From: an uncultured Hormoscilla sp.
GTDB taxonomy: Bacteria > Cyanobacteriota > Cyanobacteriia > Cyanobacteriales > Desertifilaceae
NCBI GenBank assembly: GCA_963921275.4
Contig: OZ001293.3
Span: forward strand, 3,136,001-3,200,000
Reading direction: 5' to 3'
Length of the DNA stretch: 64,000 nt
A program made the position numbers and the translations under genes. Shown piece after piece: positions 43,180-54,466 of the stretch. How positions within the stretch are numbered: position 1 is the first letter of the stretch; each line of letters begins with the position of its first letter. The notes below the pieces were generated by a model. That model was given only the letters and a program-made list of their open reading frames with translations, ran no database searches and was not told the origin of the DNA.

Positions 43180-43321
43180 TGCTCCGTTGCAGAAACCTCT
43201 CCCAAAGCAACAGGCGATCGCGCTTGTGATGGGTTTCGCTATGCGATCGCCCTTGTTGTTGGTGCGATCGCCCAACCGATCGCCCCCAGACAACCGCAGC
43301 GCGTTCTCAATCTTGTGTTAG

Positions 43322-44362
43322 CTAATCTTTCTCTCCTTTCTCCTTGATAATTATATTATCAAAATACACGGCAACTGCATTTCCTTTGCCTCGTTCTGAC
43401 TCAACTGCAACTTTTCCCGAGTTGAATGATTTATATATAAAACTTCCCACCATTTCATTATTAATAAACCCCATAATCATATTACCTTTACAAACAATTC
43501 TTAAACGATTAGGATTATTCTTATTATTGCCTCGCTTAATGAGATTACTTTTCTTCCAACCTATTTGATTGTCCCATTTTTCTTGTGACTGTTTACCCAT
43601 CACAAAATAACCATTTCCGTTAATTTGTAAATAATAAAAGTTTTTATCTTTGGTTTCGCTAGCTCTGACAATTATACCAAACGCAACATCATTAGGACCA
43701 TTGACTTTAATCACATCTGCTGAAAAATCAACATCTGTAAAACTCTGTCTCGTCCAGATAGACCAGCCGGAATAATTAATTTTTGGTTGTAGTTGAAATA
43801 AGCCGCCATCTTTCATTACCGCGCCCTGAGTAAGCAACCAGTCATTCTTATTAGGAGAAGTAAAGTTTTCATTAAGGACTGTTTTATTAAAAGCGCTCGT
43901 ATCAAATTGAGATTGCCAGTTCCAATACCCGGCTAATCCTATCATAAATACCGCACCAGTTGCAAGCATTCCCGGTTGGCGGTAAACCCAAGTAAGTACC
44001 TGTGCTAAAGGTCGGAGAGTTAAATTATAAGAAAGTTTGGCTATTCGAGTTATAGTTGATTTACGGGGTGGTGAGGAACTAAATGGTGATGAAACTGGCG
44101 CTGGAGTTGATTTACGCAATCGTGAGGAACTAGATGGCGATGAGACTGACGCTGGAGTTGATTTACGGGGTGGCGAGGAACTAGATGGTGATGAGACTGG
44201 TGCTGGAGTAGTAAAATTTTTACTGATAGTGTCTGGAGTCTCAAGTTTAGTTTTCTTCTCACCTAACAACATGAAGTCGATGCTACCACAAATATCACAT
44301 TCGGCAGGTCTGTCTGCCGAAATCGTTTCATGACTACATTCTTGACACTTATATACACCCAT
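43322..44362 (-). CDS. Zn-ribbon + Ser/Pro repeats + TM + beta-sandwich (DUF1080-like) protein
   Basis: CxxC..CxxC, three 60-bp repeats at 44055-44210, TM helix, NRLRIVCKG..FINN. Confidence 0.7.
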   Translation of the reverse strand: MGVYKCQECSHETISADRPAECDICGSIDFMLLGEKKTKLETPDTISKNFTTPAPVSSPSSSSPPRKSTPASVSSPSSSSRLRKSTPAPVSSPFSSSPPRKSTITRIAKLSYNLTLRPLAQVLTWVYRQPGMLATGAVFMIGLAGYWNWQSQFDTSAFNKTVLNENFTSPNKNDWLLTQGAVMKDGGLFQLQPKINYSGWSIWTRQSFTDVDFSADVIKVNGPNDVAFGIIVRASETKDKNFYYLQINGNGYFVMGKQSQEKWDNQIGWKKSNLIKRGNNKNNPNRLRIVCKGNMIMGFINNEMVGSFIYKSFNSGKVAVESERGKGNAVAVYFDNIIIKEKGEKD

Positions 44363-44473
44363 GACTCAAACTATAGCGCCGGTCAAGAAACCGGGTTTCT
44401 CTGGTAAAAACATTGATATCTCGTTGATAGCGATGCCAGAAACCCGGCTTCTAGCTTCTACTTGACCGATGTA

Positions 44474-47266
44474 CTAGCCGCGATTGAGATTTTTGCCGAT
44501 CCTAAGTCTTCCTGAACTTTCCGTTTTCTTAAACTCTATTGGTGGTGATGGCTCTTCTATCTCTGTCTTCGGCAGAGTTCCGGAACGGTAAAGATGTTTG
44601 AGACTTTGCTGCACATCATTAATCGATAATCGCTTACTATGGTCTAGAACAAGCATTTTTTCAATCAGTTGACTTATTGTTGTATCCATTGATTCAGGCT
44701 CAGTTTTGCTCTTAGCAGTTTTCTTAAAGTTAGAGCTGAATCTTAGTCGAGAAGAAATTCCAGTACCTTCAGACCCTACTTTACCACTAGATGCTGCTAT
44801 TGGTATTGTAAGTCTGTCTCCCTTCAGTAAAGCTTCGTAAGCATAATGAGCATCAGACGGCAAAGTAGGAAATTTTCCTGTCCAGTATTGGCAAAAGATT
44901 AAACCGAGTGAAAATATATCAGACTTTTTGGTTGGCGGCGGTGTTTCCCCTGATGTAGCGATATGCTGACCAAACTCTGGAGAATAGTAGGCTGGATCGC
45001 CAACCAGATCGTCAGGAGCAATTGATTCACCTTCAAGCAGACTACTGTCAAAATCGATGACTTTGGCAATAAGTTTGCCTTCCCACTCTTGAATTAAATA
45101 AATTAATGCCAGAGAATACTGTTCTTTATATTCTTCATTCCCTGGTCTTACGACTTGCTCACAATACCCAATAGCATTTTCATATTGTCCTTCCTCATAG
45201 TAAAATTGACCAAGCCTAAAGTTTGCTCTTATATGATCTGGTTCTAATTTTAAAACTTGTTGACATAACTTAACAGTTTCTTGAATGTATCCTCTTCTTT
45301 CCATTTCTTCAGCCTGCTTGATAAGCTCGTGAATTTGCTTACCCTTATCAGCATCATCTTCCTCTCTTAAATTTCCTTTTTCTGAAACCATATTACGCCA
45401 CTTATTACCAAATCTATTAAATAGATTTTTACCGTCACCACCGCCAGTAACTGATGAATCTCTGTCAAGCTTTTTTTCGGAGTCTTCCGCCGGTTCTTCA
45501 CTATCAGGAGTTTCAAGCATCGCTTCATAATCAGAACGATAACTGTCCCAGAGTCCCATTAAATCCTCATGGCTGTCAGTTGGCGAATTATAAGAGTTTC
45601 TCAAATTAGCTAACCGAGTTTGATAATTTGATTTTAGCTCGTCAAATTCAGTATAACCAACTGGGTACAAGACGAGCGATACATCATCTTGCCTAATCTT
45701 TTCATACTCTTTGATTAACAACTCTTTCCATTCCGATGCTGTCTTTGACTCTGTCAGTGTCTCTAGCAACAGTTTCTCAAAATCCCAAGGTGCGGGAATA
45801 TATTGGAAACAACCATCAGTACAAGCTAAGATGCACCCGCTTTCCTGAAATTTTTCTGACTTCCAATGAATTTGCCATTTCTCAGGCATATCAGCAGTTA
45901 TATACTGAGACATTGGCGGGTCTTCGCGGATCATCTGAAAGGCATCTTTGCTGCTTTCTAGATCGTCTTTGGTTAGCTGTTGTAGACCTTTGGTTGGACT
46001 CAAAAAATAAATGCGAGAATCCCCCATCCAAGCTAGATTAACCTCAAACTATTCGTTGGGTTCCTTTTGCTTGGGCATGTTCGCGATCGCTATAGTCGTA
46101 CATAACCTCTTGCTAGCTAGTGAACCCCTGATCTTGGAGATTCCCATCTTCCGATCTGCTTGAGTTTTTAGGTCTGTACATATCTTCTGCTGAAGCTGAT
46201 CTGCTACATCTTTCGTCAGTCTGCCTTTTTGATGCTGTAAAAGGTTCTTGCTCAACTCAGCAGCTTTTCTAGATGCAATTCTTCCGCCTGTTTCCCCATC
46301 ATAGCCTGCGGATCTGCCCCCCAAACCGTCAAATACACCTATGACTACTGTCTGAGGATAATCTGAATCAGCTAGGTAATCATCCTCACCTTTACCACTT
46401 GTGCTTGGTCGGGGTCGAGCTGGGAATCACTCCCCAACCCTCCAAGAGCGGAACCGGGCTTGCGACTTTCACCGCACCCGGCTACTGGGCAGTAGGGCCT
46501 TGTCATTGGTAGGATTACTGGGGATTACTCCCGTTGTCCCTCATCTCATGTAATTTCTCCCCTTTCCTGGTTGGTAAGTGGCGCTGCCGGATAACCTTTA
46601 GTATTACCAATTTATCTGAGTCCGTTTCACCAGTTATCCCACCTTCGCATGCTAGGTATTGGGGCGTATTAGGGTTACTTTAGCCCGAGATTTCCTACTG
46701 TCACCGACCCCTGTTTGCTTATCCCAGGCATTAATTAGGGCTTTTGCTTCTTGGGCCATCCCTCCCACCGTAGCTTGCGCTTCACATCTGACTGGTCTCG
46801 GTAGACAGCACACGATGGGTTACTTCGTTCCCTAGTATCATTTCACGATGCTTTTAGGTTCCTACTATACCCCGGGAGTTCTTTGAGTACGTTATTAGCC
46901 AGATAGAAGAGCTAATACTAACTACCATTTCCCTTTTTTTGGGCAAGCGCATAAGCCTTATTCCGCTGGTTCTAGTTAACGAGGTTTACATAGGTTCGCT
47001 TGTTCTAACCATTAGCATCTTTCCTAGCGGCGTCACCGGCTTAGGCTGCCAGTTATCCTACATTTAAGTCCTCGGGAGGCACCACGGCGATGTCGCTCCG
47101 TAGCACCTCCGACCGGTAGTACCCTCGACCCCCGTACCTGGGGAGGGGGAATTGAACCCCCATGATTACCAGAGTTCCTAATTTCTTAGGCTAGCGTTCC
47201 GTGTTTGACTACGTTAGACTAGAACAAATCGCACTCTATCTTTATAGTTAAAGGAAATTCATTCAT
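44474..47266 (-). pseudogene. PP2C-like phosphatase/TPR gene (intron-split, in-frame TAG) joined by deletion to the C-half of a Ser/Thr kinase
   Basis: GKGED, VFDGLGG, GDSRIY, CTDG, DDVS; TAG 46049-46051; then KVIDFDSS, YYSPE, SDIFSLG with no kinase N-lobe. Confidence 0.8.
46407..47234 (-). mobile_element. ORF-less group II intron (copy C), sense in the PP2C gene
   Basis: GTGCG start; EBS1 TCTATCT vs exon AGATAGA; intact DV; excision gives MNEFPLTIKIESTSGKGED. Confidence 0.92.
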
Positions 47267-47426
47267 TGACTTAAGGAGTGTAATTTTAAGTACCGGTAGC
47301 CGATTACTTTACCTAGTCAATTATATGACTTATTGAACCAGTGTCATATTATGACCAGTAGTCATCGGCATCTCAAACTATCCACATTCAGCCTTTACTG
47401 TGAGCATTTTGCTACCAGATAAGGAA

Positions 47427-48104
47427 TTAGATGCTATTAGCTATAACATTCAAAATTTCTTCCATCTCTAATTCTTGTAGTCCATCACCGCCTTTGGATA
47501 TATAATGTATAGTGTTTTCCCAGCTATTCCCGATTACTGTCCAAGGGGAGGCATCCGGTGCAAACAGAAGCAGACGCTTTGAACTATCTGGCATTTCAGA
47601 CCATTGATCTGTCAGCTCATCCAGTGTCTTGGCAATATCGTTCGGATAATGGCTCGGCTTTGGACCTTTATCTAAGCTATGGGCACTGGCATCAGTATAA
47701 ATGACTATAACTTGACGCTGTTTTGAAAACTTTTGCCCTGTTTCCCAATTCGAGTTTATGGCTAGTGCTAAAGCCTCTAAACCATTTTCTGGTTCATCTC
47801 CTCCGCCATCTGCCTCTATATCAGACACAAAGTTAGCGTAGTTAGGAGATTGCGATCTGAGATCGAAAAATTCCGAACAGACCATTGCCTTGTCTGGCTC
47901 GTCAGCATAGTAATCCCGGAATACGATCACTTTGACTCGTATCTGATCGACTTTTTTCTTTTTTTCCTCCATTTTAACTTCTAGCTTACTATAGAAGTTT
48001 AGCGCCTCTGACTTGACTTGGTCTATTATAGGATGCATTGAACCTGTAGCATCAATGCACATCACCAAATCAACAGTATATTTTATACCTTGACCTGCTA
48101 CCAT
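47427..48104 (-). CDS. vWA-domain protein (TerY-like)
   Basis: MIDAS DATGSM, GGGDEPE, YTDA. Confidence 0.88.
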   Translation of the reverse strand: MVAGQGIKYTVDLVMCIDATGSMHPIIDQVKSEALNFYSKLEVKMEEKKKKVDQIRVKVIVFRDYYADEPDKAMVCSEFFDLRSQSPNYANFVSDIEADGGGDEPENGLEALALAINSNWETGQKFSKQRQVIVIYTDASAHSLDKGPKPSHYPNDIAKTLDELTDQWSEMPDSSKRLLLFAPDASPWTVIGNSWENTIHYISKGGDGLQELEMEEILNVIANSI

Positions 48105-48393
48105 AAACAGTCACCTCCTGTCAATATACACTTTTGCTCATTAGCTGCCCTAGCTTGATACGGTGATATATGTATCAGCAAAGAGCGCTCCTGTCCGCAA
48201 ATTTTTCTCTCTGTCGTATATTAACAACTCCCAATCTTGGGAAAAGTTATATAAAAGTCATAAAAAGTCATATAAAAGTCATAATCTCGTTCTTTGCGCT
48301 AAAATGCATATCGAGGCAGAGGTGCCAGACCCCAAGGGTGCCGGTTATAACCTAGGCCCACATCGACACTCTACTAATGATGTACTCTGACAC

Positions 48394-49215
48394 ATGACCG
48401 CTGACGAGGCCCTGGCGTTTGTGGAAACCCTGCTCGACTACCAGCCCTTAAACCGAGTCGAAGAAATCATATTTCGGGAATGCTGGGAAGGGCGGCGGTC
48501 CTATGGGGAAATTGCCAAAAGCACCAGCTATCAACCTGACTATCTCAAGCAGACCGGTTACAAACTCTGGGATCTACTCTCAGATGCCTTTGGGGAAAAG
48601 GTCACAAAAAAGAATCTCCAGTCAGTCGTGAAGCGATACCTACGGCGAAATCAACTGACTTTACATCGAAATCAGGTGATTGCTGGCAACCTCAACTGCG
48701 CAACCCTCCATGAAGCAAACCTAAGTGGAGCCACACTATTCGCTAAGGTAGATGAAGCAGACTTGCATCAATCTAATTCACAGGGGGCAATAATACCAGA
48801 TGATAACGCTCGATCGGGTGCAGAGAGCAGAGATGATGCAGAGGAAAATAACCAAGAAGTTCAGTTTCATTCAGAAGAACGAGTCTATGAATGGAATGGT
48901 TTGCAGTTGAGAACGGATGCAGAAGTGAAAATTGCCCAAGCACTCGATCGCGCCTCAGTTGTCTTCTCCCCCAACCCGCAACTGCGACTGACAACCCGCG
49001 AAGGCCGACTAAATCAACAACCCAACTTTGCCATCTTCCACCAAGGCAAATTAGGCATTCTGCTGATCGATCCTGTCGAACAGCATCCAGAACAGAGTCA
49101 CGAATACGAAACCTCGCAGTCCCTCCCGATAGTTCAGCGTTACCATGCTAACAGATGCCGGGAAGAACCCGATCGGGTAGTACAGGAATTTTTAGCTATC
49201 TTGACTCAAGCATAG
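48394..49215 (+). CDS. N-terminal HTH + pentapeptide repeats + C-terminal nuclease-like domain
   Basis: SYGEIAK..LWDLLSDAFGEKVTKKN; ANLSGA; LRTDAEVKIAQALD. Confidence 0.7.
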   Translation: MTADEALAFVETLLDYQPLNRVEEIIFRECWEGRRSYGEIAKSTSYQPDYLKQTGYKLWDLLSDAFGEKVTKKNLQSVVKRYLRRNQLTLHRNQVIAGNLNCATLHEANLSGATLFAKVDEADLHQSNSQGAIIPDDNARSGAESRDDAEENNQEVQFHSEERVYEWNGLQLRTDAEVKIAQALDRASVVFSPNPQLRLTTREGRLNQQPNFAIFHQGKLGILLIDPVEQHPEQSHEYETSQSLPIVQRYHANRCREEPDRVVQEFLAILTQA

Positions 49216-49251
49216 AGAATCAAGTCCCAGTGAGAGAGTGCTTCAATGCTT

Positions 49252-49905
49252 TTAATTACCAGCGCTATAAATCTGTTCTGCGGTCAAATTCAGTTCGGAA
49301 AATACTGGAGATTCAATGAGGTTATCCTCCCGAAATTGACTGAATTCGTACTCGCCGTCCACAAGTGTATATACAGAAATAGTTGGTTGCTTGGGGTTGC
49401 CAATAAACCGCCTGCCACCTAAAGCACGATAATCAACTATCCAGTATTCAGGGATACCCATTTCTTCATAATCTGTGGCTTTAAGAAAGTAGTCATCGAT
49501 GTGGTACGAATAGTGCTCCCAGGAGAGATCAAAGCGCCAATTGGTGCTCACTACTTCTACAATTAGACGGACAGACTCTCCCATTGTAATAGTTGATTCA
49601 GCCTCCCAGCGCGGTTCCTTGCTGACAGCCGGGCGATCGAGTACAATTACATCTGGTTCATAGCCTGATTCATATCGAAAAGGTTTAACGACACATTCTT
49701 TGGGAATAAAGCAGTTGCAGCCTTGATTGTCAATTGCAACATTTAGCTTCTTGATTATAAATCCCGCAATTTCTGAATGTTTACCCCTCGGTTTCGGCAT
49801 CTCAACAATAACTCCGTTGTGTAGTTCGTAGCGGTGTTCTGAATTTTCTGGGTACCAGGCTATGAATTCGTCAAAAGTTATAGGTTTGTGTTTCGATTGT
49901 GTCAT
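49252..49905 (-). CDS. Uma2-family endonuclease with a 12-aa in-frame repeat insertion
   Basis: YEPDVIV, VEVVSTNWR[FDLSWEHYSYHI]DDY, GIPEYWIVD. Confidence 0.9.
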   Translation of the reverse strand: MTQSKHKPITFDEFIAWYPENSEHRYELHNGVIVEMPKPRGKHSEIAGFIIKKLNVAIDNQGCNCFIPKECVVKPFRYESGYEPDVIVLDRPAVSKEPRWEAESTITMGESVRLIVEVVSTNWRFDLSWEHYSYHIDDYFLKATDYEEMGIPEYWIVDYRALGGRRFIGNPKQPTISVYTLVDGEYEFSQFREDNLIESPVFSELNLTAEQIYSAGN

Positions 49906-50044
49906 GGTACTCTATTCTGTGAGAGAGACTGTGCGAGAGGATTGTGGTTGGGATGAGGCAAAATACGTATTTACTATTGTAGCAGATTTGCTCTTGAGAT
50001 CCAGGTGCATCTCACTTAAATTAATGTGCGATCGCCCCTTAACC

Positions 50045-50163
50045 CCGCAGTCCATCGAGGTCCTCGACCATTACCATGGTAACAGATGCCGGGAAGAACC
50101 CGATCAGGTAGTGGAGGAATTTTTAGCTATTTTGACTCAAGCATAGAGAATCAAGTCCCAGTG
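50045..50163 (+). repeat. duplicate of the 3' end of gene 48394..49215
   Basis: Matches ~49120-49232 (YH.NRCREEPD.VV.EFLAILTQA* plus AGAATCAAGTCCCAGTG). Confidence 0.85.
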
Positions 50164-50433
50164 CCAGTAAAGTGCTAAGAAACCAGGTTTTTCCCAAAAA
50201 ACTGGTTTATGGCATACTGGTGAATGATGATAATAACTCTGGTAGTTTTTCTTCTGCTGACGCGATCGCTCTTGTCTTATTGAATCATACCTTTGTTTAT
50301 CTCTGTTTACATTCTAGCACAAACAGGTACCCATTTTATAACATTATCGCGCGATGATGCTTGGACAACAATTAGGCGATTTCTGGAAAATAAGATACCG
50401 ATGCCTGAGAATGAAGTATGCTCTCGTCTAATT

Positions 50434-51590
50434 GGGTCTCCTGTACTTATGGTGATAAGTTTTTCTTATCAGAGAAGCAAGCTAATAAACGTAAACGGAA
50501 GTTCTCAAAGTTTGTAAATCCGTGTCGCTTAATCAGCTTAAGAATATTGTTAATTCCTTCCATTACTCCACTTGTTGTATGACTAATAAAATAATTACAA
50601 ATTTTCGTGATTTTTGATAAAAAAACTTAGCATACCATTTTTTTAATTGACCTTTAGCTGATTTCAATGTTTTACTGGTTTCATAGATAGCACGAAGTTT
50701 TTCTTTTAGCTGATTAGCAATAGCGCTCGCGCTATTGCTAAAATTACTTCTAGTTTTTCTTGGGCTTCAAGATCTGCACCGTTGCTTAACAATAAATATT
50801 TACTGCCTCTTTCTGTCACCCCGAGCTTGCAATTTGTTTAATTCACGATTGACATGTTGCATAACATGAAATCGAGCGTAAACTATTTGTGCAGAAGATT
50901 TTTTCGACAACTAAAGGATAACCTCCCCATATATCTATGCTGATCTCTACAACTCCTTCGCGGATCTCTAAGTCAAGCAAGGGTTTCAATTATTTCCCAT
51001 AAGTTTATGAGAATTGATTACTTCTAATAAATCTCCTGTATCTAGATCGCTAATGACTGTTACAAAATCGCGTCGCGTAAACTAATCTCATCAAGACTCA
51101 AAGATTTTGGCTGACCCCATTTTTTTTTACTGCTTGGCGCGCTCAATAAATCAAATATACTTTGAACCTGAGTTTCAGTTAATTTTTCTTCCCGACTAAC
51201 TTGAAGAACTGTAGTTACTTTAACAGGTTCATATATACTCTTGATCTCCACTGGTTTGACGGCCAATCAATAAAGTCTAATTGCTCGTCAACATAATGTT
51301 GACAAGAAGAACAATCTCATTGTCGATGAGGGATTTTTAACTATACGGCTCGCCCCTGACAAATTATCAATTAAACTTTGACGTTCTTGATGCAGTTTTG
51401 TTGTAGTTTCTCCACATTGTATTTTTTCATTAAGCTAGGGAATTTGAAAATAGCTGATATCATCAATGAGAGAGCAACTTTCAACAGTTGCATGATCGTA
51501 AATTCAATAATTTATCGAGATTAAAATCCATTTCTTCACTACTCAAAATGTAACACCGTATACATTTTACACCAAAAACCCAGGAGAACC
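50434..51590 (-). mobile_element. ISL3-family element remnant
   Basis: Ends GGGTCTCC / GGAGAACC; 8-bp TSD GTCTAATT; decayed ORF starting MDFNLDKLLNL, LSLDEIS. Confidence 0.8.
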
Positions 51591-51686
51591 GTCTAATTTG
51601 AGGAGTCAATGCTATGAATCCTGCTATGACTTTCCCTACTGCTCTCGATAAGTCCCACATTGAAGACCTGCGACTGGCCGCTTCTC

Positions 51687-52597
51687 GTGCGATTCGTTCG
51701 TAAATGACCCGCAACAGGTCATGAGCGACCGGTTACATCAACCGGGAACTTTGATGTTCATGGGGGTTAAATTCCTCCCGCCCAGATGCAGGGTTGACAC
51801 CGGTCGGAGGTGCTGCGGAGCGATATCACCGTGGTGCTGAGCGAGGACTCAAATGTAGGATAGCTGGTAGCCTAAATCGGTGACTCCGCTAGGAAAGATA
51901 TCCAAGGTTAGAACAAGCGAACGTATAAAAACCTCGTTAACCAAAACCAGCGGAATAAGGCTATATACGCTGGCCCCAAAAGGGGAAGCAGTCAGGGCTA
52001 GCTTTGGGCAGTGGCTAGTCATGTATCCGAAAGACTGTCGGGGAATAGTACGGACCTAAAGATATCGTGAAATGACATCAAGGAACGAAGTAACCTCTCG
52101 TGTGCTGTCTGGTCTCGACCGGCTAGACAAGTTAGATATTAAGCGCAAGCCACGGGAGGAGGGATGTCCCAAAAAGCAAATGCCCAGGGTAATGCCTGGG
52201 ATAACGCCCGGAGCAATCCCGGTGATGTCCACAAGGACGCTGACGTGGGACGGATATACCAGGATGCTGTTCAGATTAGTAACTCCACATATATTATGAG
52301 CCCGATTTGGACCCCTCGGGGACTGATGGAGGTATGAGTGAAGGTGTAGGTGAAACAGGGTGACTGCCGTCGGACGGCGATATAAACTAGGCGAGAGACC
52401 ACAGGTTCCTTGACAACCGCTCGCTGACCTGCACATAGAAGGAGCCAACAAGTAGACAGTAAGGGCCTACGGTGGGTAACCCCTATAAAGCCTATCCATG
52501 ACAAGGACCTGGTAACCAGTAGCCGTGTGCGGTGAAAGTCGCAAGCACGGTTTCGCTCTTGGAGGGTTGGGGAGCGATTCCCAGCTCGACCCCGACC
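51687..52597 (+). mobile_element. ORF-less group II intron (copy D), sense in the ISAzo13 transposase
   Basis: GTGCG start; DV GCCGTGTGCGGTGAAAGTCGCAAGCACGGT; excision gives DLRLAASQLTGAKRRSF. Confidence 0.92.
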
Positions 52598-53935
52598 AAC
52601 TGACCGGCGCAAAGCGGAGATCATTTCTTGCTGAGATGACGTTGAAGTATTGCCATGGTAGCGCTCGTCTAGCAGAAACCTACTTTGGTTGGAACCGCAA
52701 CAGGGTGGAGGTGGAATTGGCACCAGATAGGACAGGGCTCCTCTGTCAGGGAGATCAATCAGGGTTTGGCGGAAATAAGCGTATTCGAGAGCGTCACCCC
52801 GAACTGAAGCCCTGCGACAATTAGCCGAAGCTCATGTGCCGTGACCCTAGCTTTACCACCGCGATCGCCTACAGCCGTTTGACCGCAGCCTCAGCCCTGG
52901 GGCAACTGAAGGCCCAAGGCTTTCGGGACGACCAACTGCCAGCGGGAAGCACGATGGCGGTCATCCTCAACCGGATGGGCTATCGTCTGCGCAAAGTGGT
53001 CAAAGCCAAACCAAAAAAAAACTCCCTGAAACAGACTCGATTTTTGAGAACCTCCAAGCCAAAGACCGTCAAGCCCAAGTCAAGGATGCAAAACGCTTGA
53101 GCCTCGATTGCAAGGCTACCGTTAGTTTGGGCGAGTACTCTCGGGGTGGCAAAACTCGAGGAGATCATCAGGCCAATGACCATGACATGGGTGTCAAAGA
53201 AAAATACATTCCTTGTGGGATTGTAGATGAAGATAGCGGAGAGTTGTTTATTGAGTTTGGCAGTTCCTACAAAACCAGCGACTTCATTGTCGATACCTTA
53301 GAATCCTGGTGGGACCGCTTATCAGGACAAGCGCAACGGGATATTCCCTTTGTGCAAATCAAAGTTGATAATGGGTCGGAAAGTAGTGGGGTACGCACTC
53401 AGTTTCTCAAACGCATGATACAGTGGGTCGATCGCATTGGTAAGCCCATGCAACTGCTCTACTTTCCGCCATACCATAGCTTCTACAATCCCATTGAGCC
53501 TTGTTGGGGCATATTGAAACAACATCTTCATTGGCGCTAAACTCACCGATGTTCAGACCATGCTTGCTTGGGCGCAGAGTATGACGTGGAAAGGGCAGCG
53601 TCCAGTCTAGAAACTGAATCGCTCGGTTTATCAAAAGGGAATTTCTTTGAGCAAGAAAGAAATGCGCTCCTATTGAGAGGCGATTAGAGCGCAATCCGAT
53701 GTTGCCTAAGTGGGATATCCTGATTCGTCCGGCTTAGCTGGTACCTGATTTTCTTGAAATCGCCTTATATCTTTCTTATATCTGTAGCATCAAAAAAGGA
53801 TTTAATAACAGGCAGCAACTGTGTTATAATTAGCAGAGGGCAGGAACTGCCGCCAGAAAGTCATAGGTGTCCCAGGTCGCTCAGACCAGTTAAAATATCG
53901 GCAAACATCGCCAAACCAGGTACCATAGAGCAGAC

Positions 53936-54460
53936 GTGACTAGCAACAGGGCAACCAACTCCAATCGCCAAATGCCAGCAGTTGACAAGCTAGCGAACAG
54001 CTATTACGCCTTACTAGGGGTCCACCCTTCGGCGTCGGTAGTAGAGATCCGACGCGCCTATCGGGAACTGTCGAAACGCTACCATCCCGATACCACAGAC
54101 CTGGCACCAAAAATTGCCACGGAAAAATTCCACCAACTCAACCAAGCTTACGCTACCTTAAGTAATCCAGAACAACGTCGAGTCTACGACCACTTCATTG
54201 GCTACTCGCGCGTATACGTAGTTCAGCCATCCCCTGCTTATCGTCGGACTGACAATGGGCAACAGAAGATGTCATCCTCGGCCTATTTAGATCCAACCGA
54301 TCACCCCCTGTCCGCCGGGGAAATCTTTGCCCTGTTCATTCTGGCCCTGAGTTTTATCGTCTGTCTGATGTTAGCGATCGCAGTGGCCTTCACCCGGCCA
54401 GAGGACGCCTTTGCACCCATCGAACTGCCCAGCAGCATTCTAATTAACTCTATTGTTTAA
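53936..54460 (+). CDS. DnaJ (J-domain) membrane protein
   Basis: YYALLGV..YHPD..LSNPEQRRVYD; C-terminal TM. Confidence 0.9.
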   Translation: MTSNRATNSNRQMPAVDKLANSYYALLGVHPSASVVEIRRAYRELSKRYHPDTTDLAPKIATEKFHQLNQAYATLSNPEQRRVYDHFIGYSRVYVVQPSPAYRRTDNGQQKMSSSAYLDPTDHPLSAGEIFALFILALSFIVCLMLAIAVAFTRPEDAFAPIELPSSILINSIV

Positions 54461-54466
54461 TAAATT

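Larger units (their letters stand above)
50373..53767 (+). mobile_element. ISAzo13-family element (pseudogene) hosting ISL3 and a group II intron
   Basis: TIRs TAGGCGATTTCTGGAAAATAAGATACC / GGTACCTGATTTTCTTGAAATCGCCTTA; SLDCKATV, DNGSES, YFPPYHS.YNPIE. Confidence 0.88.

Noticed and set aside
44055..44210. Non-coding repeat array
   Set aside because: 60-bp in-frame repeats encoding a Ser/Pro linker
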